Shown here one piece after another: positions 33,770 through 43,749 of a stretch of DNA of 64,000 bases. The notes beneath the pieces are model-generated. The model had not been told where the DNA came from, did not search any database, and saw only the letters and a program-made list of their open reading frames with translations. The position numbers were made by a program, and so were the translations under genes. Position 1 is the stretch's first letter. Every line of letters starts with the position of its first letter. Origin of the DNA: Escherichia coli (GTDB taxonomy: Bacteria > Pseudomonadota > Gammaproteobacteria > Enterobacterales > Enterobacteriaceae); NCBI RefSeq assembly GCF_030384885.1, contig NZ_CP128613.1; one strand, written 5' to 3'.

Positions 33770-34672
33770 ATGAAAAAAACGCTCGCAACGTTATTTTTAT
33801 TAACGTGTCTGGGATCATCATCCGCCTATGCGGATAACGCTTTGATTTTACAAACTGATTTTAGCCTGAAAGATGGTGCCGTCTCGGCGATGAAAGGGGT
33901 CGCATTCGGCGTTGACCATAATCTTAAAATCTTTGATTTAACACACGAAATTCCACCGTATAACATCTGGGAAGGCGCTTATCGCCTGTATCAGACTGCC
34001 AGTTACTGGCCGCAAGGTTCGGTGTTTGTTAGCGTGGTCGATCCGGGCGTAGGCACTGACCGTAAATCGGTAGTGCTGAAAACCAAAAACGGTCAGTACT
34101 TCGTTTCACCAGATAACGGTACGCTCACTTTGGTGGCACAAACTCTGGGTATTGATAGCGTCCGGGAAATCGATGAAAAAGCTAACCGCCTGAAAGGTTC
34201 TGAAAAGTCATATACCTTCCACGGTCGTGACGTGTATGCCTACACCGGTGCACGCCTGGCTTCCGGGGCGATCACGTTCGAACAGGTGGGGCCAGAGCTT
34301 CCTGCAAAAGTTGTCGAACTTTCTTATCAGAAAGCAAAAGCAACAAAAGGTGAAGTGAAGGGAAATATCCCGATTCTCGATATTCAGTATGGCAACGTCT
34401 GGAGCAATATCAGCGACGAGTTGCTGAATCAGGCAGGAATCAAACTCAACGACACGTTGTGTGTGACCATTTCCGAAGGTTCCCAGAAAAAATACGAAGG
34501 GAAAATGCCGTATGTCGCAAGCTTCGGCGATGTGCCGGAAGGCCAGCCGATGGTGTATCTGAACAGCTTGTTGAATGTTTCCGTGGCGCTGAATATGGAT
34601 AATTTCGCGCAGAAACATCAGGTTGCGTCTGGTGCTGACTGGAATATTGATGTGAAGAAGTGCGCTAAGTAA
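33770..34672 (+). CDS. Secreted DUF62-family protein (SAM hydroxide adenosyltransferase / SAM hydrolase fold) with N-terminal signal peptide
   Basis: 300 aa; signal peptide MKKTLATLFLLTCLGSSSAYA; DUF62 hallmarks ILQTDFSLKDG, VVDPGVGTDR, VSPDNGTLT, TFHGRDVYAYTGARLASG. Confidence 0.75.
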   Translation: MKKTLATLFLLTCLGSSSAYADNALILQTDFSLKDGAVSAMKGVAFGVDHNLKIFDLTHEIPPYNIWEGAYRLYQTASYWPQGSVFVSVVDPGVGTDRKSVVLKTKNGQYFVSPDNGTLTLVAQTLGIDSVREIDEKANRLKGSEKSYTFHGRDVYAYTGARLASGAITFEQVGPELPAKVVELSYQKAKATKGEVKGNIPILDIQYGNVWSNISDELLNQAGIKLNDTLCVTISEGSQKKYEGKMPYVASFGDVPEGQPMVYLNSLLNVSVALNMDNFAQKHQVASGADWNIDVKKCAK

Positions 34673-34681
34673 GGTGCTGAT

Positions 34682-34712
34682 GCGGGATGCGGTGTGGCGC
34701 ACCGCATCCCGC
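34682..34712. terminator. Strong 13-bp-stem hairpin (GCGGGATGCGGTG-TGGCG-CACCGCATCCCGC) between the convergent DUF62 gene and uvrD; likely bidirectional terminator
   Basis: Perfect inverted repeat read from the sequence between two convergent stop codons. Confidence 0.55.
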
Positions 34713-34726
34713 AACGGAATCGTAAA

Positions 34727-36889
34727 TTATACCGTCTCCAGCCGGGCGTAAGCCGCCACCAGCCATTTAATACCCTGGCCCTGAAATGCCACCTGCAAAC
34801 GACTATGTTCGCCGCTGCCTTCCATATTGACGATAGTCCCTTCACCAAACTTGGCGTGTCGTACGCGCTGGCCGAGTTTGTAACCGCTGTCGTTCTCAAC
34901 CATCGGCGTACCCATACGCTGATGGCTGACCGGGCGGCTTACCGTAGCGCGTAAACGCACCTCTTCCACACACTCTTCCGGCAACTCGCCAATAAAACGC
35001 GACGGGCGATGGTAAACCTCTTTGCCATACAGACGCCGGGTTTCCGCGTAGGTCAGCGTCAGTTTCTGCATCGCGCGGGTTACGCCAACGTAGGCCAGAC
35101 GGCGTTCTTCTTCCAGACGCCCGCCTTCATCCAGCGACATCTGGCTTGGGAACATGCCCTCTTCCATACCGACAATAAACACCTGCGGGAATTCCAGACC
35201 TTTCGCCGAGTGTAGCGTCATCAGCTGTACCGCATCCTGCCAGGTATCCGCCTGCCCTTCACCTGCTTCCAGTGCCGCATGGGAGAGGAACGCCTGCAGC
35301 GGCATTAAATCTTCGTCTTCTTCGTTGTAGCTGAACTGGCGCGTTGCCGTCACCAGTTCCTCTAAGTTTTCGATACGCGTCTGGCCTTTTTCGCCCTTCT
35401 CCTGCTCGTACATGGTGCGCAGGCCGGAGTCTTTAATTACCCGATCAGTCTGTACATGCAGCGGCATATCGGCAGTTTCTTGCGCTAAGGCGTCGATCAG
35501 TTCCATAAACCGTTGCAAAGCGCTGGCAGCACGTCCGGCGAGGGCTTTTTCCTGCAACAGTTCACGACATGCCTGCCAGAGTGTTAACTGGCGATCGCGC
35601 GATGTCTGACGTACCACGTCCAGCGTCCGGTCACCAATACCCCGCGTTGGCGTATTGACCACACGCTCAAAGGCCGCGTCGTCGTTACGGTTGGCAATCA
35701 GGCGCAGATACGAGAGCGCATCTTTGATTTCCTGGCGTTCGAAGAAGCGCATCCCGCCATAAATACGGTACGGCATACTGGCTTGTAATAACGCCTCTTC
35801 CAGTACACGCGACTGGGCATTGCTGCGATAGAGAATGGCGCACTCGGCGAGCGCCCCGCCGTTATCCTGCCAGGTCTTGATACGGTTAACCACAAAACGC
35901 GCTTCGTCGAGTTCGTTAAAAGCGCAATAGAGGGAAATCGGCTCACCGTCCGCGCCATCGGTCCACAACTTTTTACCCAAACGCCCGTTGTTGTTTTCAA
36001 TCAGGGCGTTCGCCGCGCTCAGAATGTTGCTAGTGGAGCGGTAGTTTTGCTCCAGACGAATGGTTTCGGCACCGGGGAAATCATTGAGGAAACGCTGAAT
36101 ATTCTCTACCTGCGCCCCACGCCAGCCGTAGATTGACTGGTCGTCATCGCCAACGATCATCACTTTGCCAGTATCGCCCGCCAGCAGGCGGATCCACGCA
36201 TACTGAATGTTGTTGGTATCCTGGAATTCGTCTACCAGGATATTGGTAAAACGTTCGCGGTAGTGTTGCAGGATATGCGGCTTGTTAAGCCACAGTTCGT
36301 GGGCGCGTAGCAGTAGTTCAGCGAAGTCTACCAGGCCCGCGCGGTCGCACGCTTCCTGATACGCCTGGTACACCTTCTGCCAGGTCTGCTCCACCGGATT
36401 ACCGTAGCTTTGAATATGATGCGGACGCAGCCCTTCATCTTTCTGGCTGTTGATGTACCACATTGCCTGGCGCGGCGGCCACTGCTTCTCGTCGAGGTTC
36501 ATGGCTTTGATCAGACGCTTAAGCAGGCGCAGCTGGTCTTCGCTGTCGAGGATCTGGAAATCCTGCGGCAGGTTGGCGTCCATATGGTGCGCACGCAGCA
36601 GACGGTGTGCCAGCCCGTGGAAAGTGCCGACCCACATACCGCCCTGACTGGTGCCCATCAGTTGCCCGATACGATGGCGCATTTCCGCCGCCGCTTTGTT
36701 GGTAAATGTCACCGCCATAATCGAGTACGGCGAGCAGTTTTCCACGCTCATCAGCCAGGCGATACGATGCACCAGTACGCGCGTCTTACCACTGCCCGCG
36801 CCCGCCAGCACCAGAAGGTTGCTGCGTGGCGCGGCCACCGCTTCGCGCTGTTTGTCATTAAGGCTGTCGAGCAGGTAAGAAACGTCCAT
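34727..36889 (-). CDS. uvrD: DNA helicase II UvrD
   Basis: ORF 34727..37075; start trimmed to MDVSYLLDSLNDKQREAVAAPRSNLLVLAGAGSGKTRVL (720 aa). Confidence 0.95.
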   Translation of the reverse strand: MDVSYLLDSLNDKQREAVAAPRSNLLVLAGAGSGKTRVLVHRIAWLMSVENCSPYSIMAVTFTNKAAAEMRHRIGQLMGTSQGGMWVGTFHGLAHRLLRAHHMDANLPQDFQILDSEDQLRLLKRLIKAMNLDEKQWPPRQAMWYINSQKDEGLRPHHIQSYGNPVEQTWQKVYQAYQEACDRAGLVDFAELLLRAHELWLNKPHILQHYRERFTNILVDEFQDTNNIQYAWIRLLAGDTGKVMIVGDDDQSIYGWRGAQVENIQRFLNDFPGAETIRLEQNYRSTSNILSAANALIENNNGRLGKKLWTDGADGEPISLYCAFNELDEARFVVNRIKTWQDNGGALAECAILYRSNAQSRVLEEALLQASMPYRIYGGMRFFERQEIKDALSYLRLIANRNDDAAFERVVNTPTRGIGDRTLDVVRQTSRDRQLTLWQACRELLQEKALAGRAASALQRFMELIDALAQETADMPLHVQTDRVIKDSGLRTMYEQEKGEKGQTRIENLEELVTATRQFSYNEEDEDLMPLQAFLSHAALEAGEGQADTWQDAVQLMTLHSAKGLEFPQVFIVGMEEGMFPSQMSLDEGGRLEEERRLAYVGVTRAMQKLTLTYAETRRLYGKEVYHRPSRFIGELPEECVEEVRLRATVSRPVSHQRMGTPMVENDSGYKLGQRVRHAKFGEGTIVNMEGSGEHSRLQVAFQGQGIKWLVAAYARLETV

Positions 36890-36947
36890 TGGCACCGCCG
36901 CGTAAAAATAGGTTGGGCGGAGAAGCGCAACGCCCTCCGCCAAAAAG

Positions 36948-36963
36948 CTGGGTATATATACAG
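36948..36963. promoter_or_regulatory. LexA (SOS) box upstream of uvrD
   Basis: Reverse complement CTGTATATATACCCAG fits CTGT-N8-ACAG, about 60 bp upstream of the uvrD start. Confidence 0.7.
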
Positions 36964-36972
36964 ATTTGCTGA

Positions 36973-37689
36973 TTATATCAGCGAGGTCAGAGATGCCAAC
37001 CGGGAAATTTCCAGATGCGGGAGTAAACGGCTGTCCCAGGTTTGCATCAGATCGCCATTTTCCGGTCTGATCCAACAGGCCTGCATTCCGCTGCGAATTG
37101 CCCCACCCACGTCAGTGGTGAGATCGTCCCCAACATGTAAGATCTCGCCGATCGGCACGTTGAGTTTTTCCGCCGCCAGGAAGTACATATCGCTGAACGG
37201 TTTCGAGCGCCCGTGCGGACCAGCGCGCAGCACAAACTCAAAATAATCCCCCAAACCAAACAGCTCCGGCTGGGCGTTACCGTTGGTGATCGCCACCAGC
37301 GGCCATTTCTTCGCCAGCTGTTTTAAGGTGTCGTGCGTTTGCTGCGGAACGTCGATCCGGCTACGCCATTTGGCAAAGTTGATCATTGCCGCGTGTGCGC
37401 CTGCACTGGCTTCTTCTGCGCTCAGCCCGGCGTCGAGCATCGCTTGTTCTATTGAGCGAAAACGCCAGCGCGTCACATCATGATAAATCTCGGGTTCCGC
37501 TTCCCGTACCGCCTGACGCAGACGTTGCAGATCTTCATTCTGGAAGCTGCGCAGCGCCGGATGGTAATTTTGCACAAAGGTAAGCGCCTCCTGCTCAGTG
37601 CGCAAAATCACCGGACGGTTATCGTAAAGGGTATCATCCAGGTCAAAGGTGAGCGCCGAGATGCGCCCCAAAGGCCGGTAAAAACGCAT
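36973..37689 (-). CDS. yigB: HAD-family phosphatase YigB (riboflavin pathway)
   Basis: 238 aa [30 protein letters not shown]... Confidence 0.85.
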   Translation of the reverse strand: MRFYRPLGRISALTFDLDDTLYDNRPVILRTEQEALTFVQNYHPALRSFQNEDLQRLRQAVREAEPEIYHDVTRWRFRSIEQAMLDAGLSAEEASAGAHAAMINFAKWRSRIDVPQQTHDTLKQLAKKWPLVAITNGNAQPELFGLGDYFEFVLRAGPHGRSKPFSDMYFLAAEKLNVPIGEILHVGDDLTTDVGGAIRSGMQACWIRPENGDLMQTWDSRLLPHLEISRLASLTSLI

Positions 37690-38585
37690 TATTTCCCCCG
37701 TTTGGCGCGTGGATGCGCCGCATCGTACACCGAGGCAAGGTGTTGAAAATCAAGATGAGTATAGATTTGCGTGGTAGAAAGGTTGGCATGACCCAGCAGC
37801 TCCTGTACACCACGAAGATCACCGCTCGACTCCAGCATATGCGTAGCGAACGAGTGACGTAATTTATGCGGGTGAACGTGATTATTCAGCCCTTGTTTGA
37901 TGCCCCATTCGGCAAAACGTTTCTGCACATTACGCGCGGAGATGCGCTTGCCCAGTTTCGACAGGAAAAGCGCATCGTCTTCGCTTCCAAACAGGTCACG
38001 CAAATCAAGCCAGTGCTCAATCCACGCCACAGCGTTGCGACCAATCGGCAGGCGGCGCTCTTTGCTGCCTTTCCCCATCACCCACACTTCACCGGACTCC
38101 AGGTCGAGGTGTTTGATATCGAGCCCCACCAGTTCGGAAAGACGCAGACCCGCGCCGTACATCACTTCCAGCATTGCCCGATCGCGCACGGCGAGGGGAT
38201 CGTTGATATCAATATCCAGCAGCCGATTTATATCATCGACGTCGATATTTTTCGGCAGATGACGCGGCGCTTTCGGTGCCGAAACACCTTTTGCCGGGTT
38301 AGCTTTGAGTTCGTTCTGGCTGACCAGCCAGTCAAAAAAGCTACGTAGTGCAGAGAGGCGTAATGCGAGGCTTGCCGCGACCAGCCCTTTACGGCGACTG
38401 CGTACTGCAAAATTGCGCACCATCGTCACATCACATTGCTGCCAGCTTTGCAGGCCGTTTTCGCTGGCAAAATTGATGATCGCCTCAAGCTGGCGCTGGT
38501 AGTTAAGCAGGGTTATCGGGCTAAGCTGACGCTCCACGCTCAGATAACGTAGGTAGCGTTCTACATCGGTGTGTAAATCGGTCAT
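37689..38585 (-). CDS. xerC: Site-specific tyrosine recombinase XerC
   Basis: 298 aa [37 protein letters not shown]...; C-terminal R..HxxR..Y catalytic region. Confidence 0.95.
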   Translation of the reverse strand: MTDLHTDVERYLRYLSVERQLSPITLLNYQRQLEAIINFASENGLQSWQQCDVTMVRNFAVRSRRKGLVAASLALRLSALRSFFDWLVSQNELKANPAKGVSAPKAPRHLPKNIDVDDINRLLDIDINDPLAVRDRAMLEVMYGAGLRLSELVGLDIKHLDLESGEVWVMGKGSKERRLPIGRNAVAWIEHWLDLRDLFGSEDDALFLSKLGKRISARNVQKRFAEWGIKQGLNNHVHPHKLRHSFATHMLESSGDLRGVQELLGHANLSTTQIYTHLDFQHLASVYDAAHPRAKRGK

Positions 38586-39289
38586 ACGCGTTCAATCCAA
38601 CGCTCCAGAAGCTCCGGCAACATCAGCGCAATTTCATGAAGTAACTGCGTTCCCTGCCCTTGTTGATAGTGACTGGCATCGCGGCTGGTGAACAGCACGA
38701 CACCCAAATCAGCATCGCTTCCCAGCATCGACATCGCCACCGATCCCACCGCTTTCGCTTCCGGTAGCACCACCAGCAGCTCCGGTCCGTTAAGCGGCCC
38801 AAGATAGTGCTGTTCCTGCCCCAGACGCTGAATACGCAGCGGTTCGAAAGACTGACGGCTTAATGCGAGATGAGTGTGGTTCGACGGCGCACCTAAGCGC
38901 CAGCGATCCGGAAACAGGCGCAGACTCGCACCTGCCAGGCCGAGATCGCGCGCCCAGCGGTGAAAACGCATCAGCATATCGTCGAGACTGCTGGCGGCGG
39001 TGAGACTACGCTGCAGGTAAAGTAAGCGATAGAACAAGCCTTCGTTGGCGATAGCCTGTTCCATCAACAGCGCCATGTTCTCTTCCAGAACATGAATATG
39101 ATGACGTGCGCGGGCCATGTGCCACTCGACCAACGAAACGGTGCCGCGTACCGGATGCGGCACACGTATCGCTTCTACTGCGCGCGCATTGCGGATAAAA
39201 AACTCAGGATTTTTAATCAGATAATCGACAACCGCCCGGTCATCTAGCTCCGTGAGTGTTTCCTGCAGTTCTTCCCCTGGTTGCTTCAT
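38582..39289 (-). CDS. yigA: DUF484-family protein YigA
   Basis: 235 aa; conserved position between dapF and xerC. Confidence 0.8.
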   Translation of the reverse strand: MKQPGEELQETLTELDDRAVVDYLIKNPEFFIRNARAVEAIRVPHPVRGTVSLVEWHMARARHHIHVLEENMALLMEQAIANEGLFYRLLYLQRSLTAASSLDDMLMRFHRWARDLGLAGASLRLFPDRWRLGAPSNHTHLALSRQSFEPLRIQRLGQEQHYLGPLNGPELLVVLPEAKAVGSVAMSMLGSDADLGVVLFTSRDASHYQQGQGTQLLHEIALMLPELLERWIERV

Positions 39290-40110
39290 AGATGAATAAA
39301 TCCGTCGTAGACATGTACCGCCGGGCCAGTCATATATAACGGGTGACCCGGACCTTTCCAGGCGATATCAAGACGACCGCCGGGGAGTTCCACGCGTACT
39401 TCTTCGGCCAGCAAACCTTGCTGAATCCCTACCGCCACCGCCGCACACGCGCCGCTGCCGCAGGCCTGGGTTTCTCCTGCCCCACGCTCATAAACGCGTA
39501 AACGAATATGCTCGCGCTTAACCACTTGCATAAAACCGATATTAGCGCGCTCCGGAAAACGTTCGTGGCTTTCCAGAACAGGACCAAGCGTTTCTACCGC
39601 TGCAGTATCGACATCATCAACCTGAATCACGCAGTGCGGATTTCCCATCGACACCACGCCGCATAAGATTGTCTGCTCGGCGGCGCGCATAATATAGGTC
39701 TTTTCCGCTTTGTTAGCGCGAAATGGCACGGCAGAAGGTTCGAAGTTGGGTTCGCCCATATTTACGCGCACCAGATCGTCATCGGTGACGGTCAGAACCA
39801 TCCGCCCGTTGGCAGTGCTGACGCGGATATCGCGCTTATTGGTCAGCCCTTTCAGGCGCACAAAGCGGGCAAAGCAGCGCGCGCCGTTGCCGCACTGCGC
39901 CACTTCACTGCCATCAGCATTGAAAATGCGATAGTGAAAATCCAGTTCCGGATCATACGGTGGCTCAACCACCAGCAGTTGGTCAAACCCTATCCCCAGG
40001 TGCCGATCCGCCAGGCGACGAATCAGTTCTGGTGAAAAAAAGACATTCTGCGTTACCGCGTCGACGACCATAAAATCGTTGCCAAGGCCATGCATTTTCG
40101 AGAACTGCAT
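39286..40110 (-). CDS. dapF: Diaminopimelate epimerase
   Basis: ORF 39286..40113; start at second Met, [21 protein letters not shown] (274 aa). Confidence 0.95.
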   Translation of the reverse strand: MQFSKMHGLGNDFMVVDAVTQNVFFSPELIRRLADRHLGIGFDQLLVVEPPYDPELDFHYRIFNADGSEVAQCGNGARCFARFVRLKGLTNKRDIRVSTANGRMVLTVTDDDLVRVNMGEPNFEPSAVPFRANKAEKTYIMRAAEQTILCGVVSMGNPHCVIQVDDVDTAAVETLGPVLESHERFPERANIGFMQVVKREHIRLRVYERGAGETQACGSGACAAVAVGIQQGLLAEEVRVELPGGRLDIAWKGPGHPLYMTGPAVHVYDGFIHL

Positions 40111-40146
40111 CATTTACTCCAATCACGCGGGTACAGAAACTGACTT

Positions 40147-40350
40147 TTAGTAATTCACCTGGGATGGACCATCGCCAGTGGCGCGATCGTTTTTATCCGG
40201 CACCGTGGATTGCGTTTGCGTCTCTACCGGTTTGGTCGGTGGCGGTGCGTTTTTATCTGCAGGCGGGAAATAGAGCGGACCTTTCAGACCGCAGCCCGTC
40301 AGGCTGAAGAGAGTAAGTAATACAGTGAGTGCCTTAAACACGTTTTTCAT
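40147..40350 (-). CDS. yifL: Small lipoprotein YifL (LptM)
   Basis: 67 aa MKNVFKALTVLLTLFSLTGCGLKGPLYFPPADK... with lipobox LTGC. Confidence 0.85.
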   Translation of the reverse strand: MKNVFKALTVLLTLFSLTGCGLKGPLYFPPADKNAPPPTKPVETQTQSTVPDKNDRATGDGPSQVNY

Positions 40351-40538
40351 TATGGATTGCCTGTAAAGTTCATCGCTTTCTGCTTTCTATCATCGCAGGA
40401 GAAGACGTAAAAGCAAGCGTTTAGCGACTCTTTATGAAGTCTGAAAAATGAGGAATTGCTGCGAGTATAACGCTTACACGTGGTGATTTATGTTTTGCTG
40501 GTAGTTTCGTGATCGGCACCTCGCGCCAGGATGGCTTT

Positions 40539-42017
40539 ATGCACTATCGCAATGTGGTTTGTTTGTTGTCTTGTTCGTTATTCTTATCCCCGGCATGGGG
40601 ATGTCGGCTTTCCGCGCCTGAACATAATATTTACCAGAAACAGGGAAAAGGCGTGGTGTACCTGCGCCCTTATAAAGAAACAAATCTTTCTCTACCTGAC
40701 GTGAATTACAAGAGTTTGCGTCGTTTACCTAATTTATTAATAGACGCAACAACACAAGATGAATGGAATAAAGAACCACCTCTGACTGATCTAACAACTG
40801 ACAACCTCTATGAGGGCGCACAAGCCTGGTATCCCCATTACTCCTGGCATAGCGATGGTCGCTATATCCTCTACGCGGGTGAAGTAGTGCAAAATCCTCA
40901 CGACGCACCACCCGTCGATATCGCCTCATTCAAGGCATGGGGAGATTTTGCCGCGGATAAACACAGTCTCTATTTTGAAGGCAAGCGCACCGATAACAAT
41001 GGCGGGGGAAATAGCTTAGATATCAAAACACTGCATCAGGTGGAATTCCGGCCTCCCTGGGATCCTGACTTACTGGGGCTGATATTACGTGACGCTAATT
41101 TCTTGTATATCAATGGGCATCGCCTCGCAGATCCCGATAGTTTCCGTGTGCTGGCACAAAAGTCATGGGATCAGCGAGGAAAGTTTTCTACCGCGTTTAA
41201 TCCCTGTGTGGCTATGCCATTTGGCCCTTGGGATACCCTGGCTCGTACACGGACCAAAATCCTGATCAACGGCGAACAGCTTGATGCCGACCCGGACACC
41301 TTTTCCGTCGTGCGCTGGATGCCCGGCTCACTCTTGACCTGGCGTGATAAAAACGGGCTACAGCGTAAAGTCCTCGACAAGGAAAATCTGGCGTGGGATG
41401 AAGATTTAACAAAGCACTGTCTGGATTTTTCTCTGCTGGAAAAGAAAGTGTTCTGGCGTAAAGGGCCTGCTTGTAAACAGGAAGAAGTACCGGGGCTCGA
41501 TCCTGAACAGTTCCACCCCATCAGTGATGCTGTCGCCCAGTATCAGGATTCGCTTTATACCATCATCGAAACAGAGTCTGGTGACCGCAACCTGGAGATC
41601 GTAAAACTTGATGATCCCAATCTTATTATCAACAAACGTTTCAACGCCGGGAAACGCCATGGCTATTTACTTACGCGTGCCGAAGGGTGGCCAAACCATT
41701 CCGGTTTACACGTGTTTGAATCTGACGGACCGCTGATCTTACTGGATAACCACTCTCCGGATGAACGCGAAGCCCATCTTGATGACCATCCCTTTTTGCG
41801 CAGATGGTATGCCCGCGATAACCGCTACGTTTACAGCTTTGATGGCGCGCAGCTCTGGCGATACCGCACCGCGGATCCGAAACAAGTTCGCTTAATCTGG
41901 AAGGAACAACATTCGGGATATGGCTATGGCGTAAATTACAAAACGGGATATCTGGACGGAAAAATTACCGATGACGGCGAATTTATTCCTGCCCCGCGCA
42001 ATGAGGCGACAAAATGA
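40539..42017 (+). CDS. Secreted repeat protein, paralog 1 (DKNYY-like repeats; unknown function)
   Basis: ORF 40509..42017; start trimmed to MHYRNVVCLLSCSLFLSPAWG (signal-like); internal repeats such as DANFLYINGHRLADPDSFRV / TKILINGEQLDADPDTFSVV. Confidence 0.65.
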   Translation: MHYRNVVCLLSCSLFLSPAWGCRLSAPEHNIYQKQGKGVVYLRPYKETNLSLPDVNYKSLRRLPNLLIDATTQDEWNKEPPLTDLTTDNLYEGAQAWYPHYSWHSDGRYILYAGEVVQNPHDAPPVDIASFKAWGDFAADKHSLYFEGKRTDNNGGGNSLDIKTLHQVEFRPPWDPDLLGLILRDANFLYINGHRLADPDSFRVLAQKSWDQRGKFSTAFNPCVAMPFGPWDTLARTRTKILINGEQLDADPDTFSVVRWMPGSLLTWRDKNGLQRKVLDKENLAWDEDLTKHCLDFSLLEKKVFWRKGPACKQEEVPGLDPEQFHPISDAVAQYQDSLYTIIETESGDRNLEIVKLDDPNLIINKRFNAGKRHGYLLTRAEGWPNHSGLHVFESDGPLILLDNHSPDEREAHLDDHPFLRRWYARDNRYVYSFDGAQLWRYRTADPKQVRLIWKEQHSGYGYGVNYKTGYLDGKITDDGEFIPAPRNEATK

Positions 42018-43342
42018 AAGGTCAAATAATCACAGTTGCACTCATCCTGTTGGGGCACACATTTCTGACACCTGCTGTACAGGCCATAGGGTTCGACTAT
42101 TACAATGATCACGGTGTTATGTCTTACGGTAAAGGTTATGGGGAGGATGAGAAAATTATTGCCCAATTTCCGAAGATGAACAGAGCCGATTTGCGCCTTG
42201 TGACAAATATATCCGGGAAGCGGGAGTTAGTGGAAGGCTATATACCCACCGATGAAATAAGCATAAAAAATGAGGAATACCACTGGGTGACAGACGGCCA
42301 CGTTATTCTCTGGCGTGGCAAAATCGTTAGCAATCCACCGGGAACACCCACTGTCGATATTGCCAGCTTTCAAGCTATGGGCCGCTTCGCGGTCGATAAA
42401 TATAGCCTCTATTTTGACGGACAGCGCACCGAAAGTAATAGCGGCGCGTCACGTGTTGATCTGGCGACACTAAAAGCTATCGAAGGTAACTCTACCACGC
42501 TGGTGGATAGTAAAAATCTCTACTTGTCCGGTCGACGTCAGGGGAGCAGCAGTAATGTTACTGTATTAGAAAAAAGATGGTGGGGTATTAATCCACGTCT
42601 TATGAGTGTAAACAGAAATTTGTATTCCAATGATCTGCTTATCCGCAGTGGGCAGAATATTTATTTAAATGGCGTTCACCTTACGGCAAATGCAGACTCA
42701 TTTGAGATAATTCGCTGGATACCTCATTCACTGCTGGTTTTTCGCGACAATAAGGGTATGCATCGTTATCCCTTTGGTCAATTATCAGGCAAGGCAATAC
42801 CCGTAGATGATGACGTCTCTTTTGAAGTAGGGGAAAGTCGCGTTCGCTGGCGTAAACAGCTCACGCCCGACCGTCAGTGGAGCCAGTGGATAGACCTACC
42901 AAGTATTGAACCTGAACAATTTCATCTGATTACTGACAATATTGCGCAGTATAAAGATCGGCTGTATGTAACAAAATTATCGACTTTTGGTGAAGACCAG
43001 CTTGAAATAATCCCGCTGGATTCGCCAGACCTGGTCATTGATCACTCATTTAATCGCGGCAAACAGCATGCTTACTTTATCCACCAATTACGGTCACGCA
43101 AGAGCGTGCAAATTATTCCAACTAACAGCCCGCTAACTAAAAACGATCGCTTTGCTTATGACGATCGCAATGTTTATACATGGACCGATACAGAGGTAAG
43201 GATTACACCCTCCCCCTGCCCAGCGAAAACATACGTCAGAGAAAAGAATGTCCGTGAAATTCATAACAGCGACATTATTATTCCGGTGACGGAGGAATCG
43301 TGCCGGAACGCAGCAGCAGACGGGCAAACTTTGAAGCCCTGA
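42014..43342 (+). CDS. Secreted repeat protein, paralog 2 (DKNYY-like repeats; unknown function)
   Basis: 442 aa; signal peptide [24 protein letters not shown]; start ATG overlaps the upstream stop (ATGA); shares blocks VDIASF.A.G.FA.DK.SLYF.G.RT and EPEQFH.I.D..AQY.D.LY with paralog 1. Confidence 0.7.
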
Positions 43343-43389
43343 CACCATGCCGCTATACTGCCGCCATCACCTTAAAACAGGAAACAACA

Positions 43390-43710
43390 ATGAACGACAG
43401 TGAATTTCATCGCCTGGCTGATCAACTCTGGCTGACCATTGAAGAGCGTCTGGATGACTGGGATGGCGACAGCGATATCGACTGCGAAATCAACGGCGGT
43501 GTGCTGACCATTACCTTTGAAAATGGCAGCAAAATCATTATCAACCGTCAGGAACCGCTGCACCAGGTTTGGCTGGCAACCAAACAGGGCGGCTACCATT
43601 TTGATCTGAAAGGCGACGAATGGATTTGCGACCGTAGCGGCGAAACCTTCTGGGATTTGCTGGAACAGGCGGCAACGCAGCAAGCGGGTGAAACAGTCAG
43701 TTTCCGCTAA
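43390..43710 (+). CDS. cyaY: Frataxin homolog CyaY
   Basis: ORF 43300..43710; start trimmed to [37 protein letters not shown] (106 aa). Confidence 0.95.
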
Positions 43711-43749
43711 GATTGCATGCCGGATAAGCCTCGCTTTCCGGCACGCTCA

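Noticed and set aside
36890-37075. N-terminal 62-codon extension of uvrD (782-aa ORF)
   Set aside because: The extension runs through the LexA box and into yigB; the canonical 720-aa UvrD begins at MDVSYLLDS.
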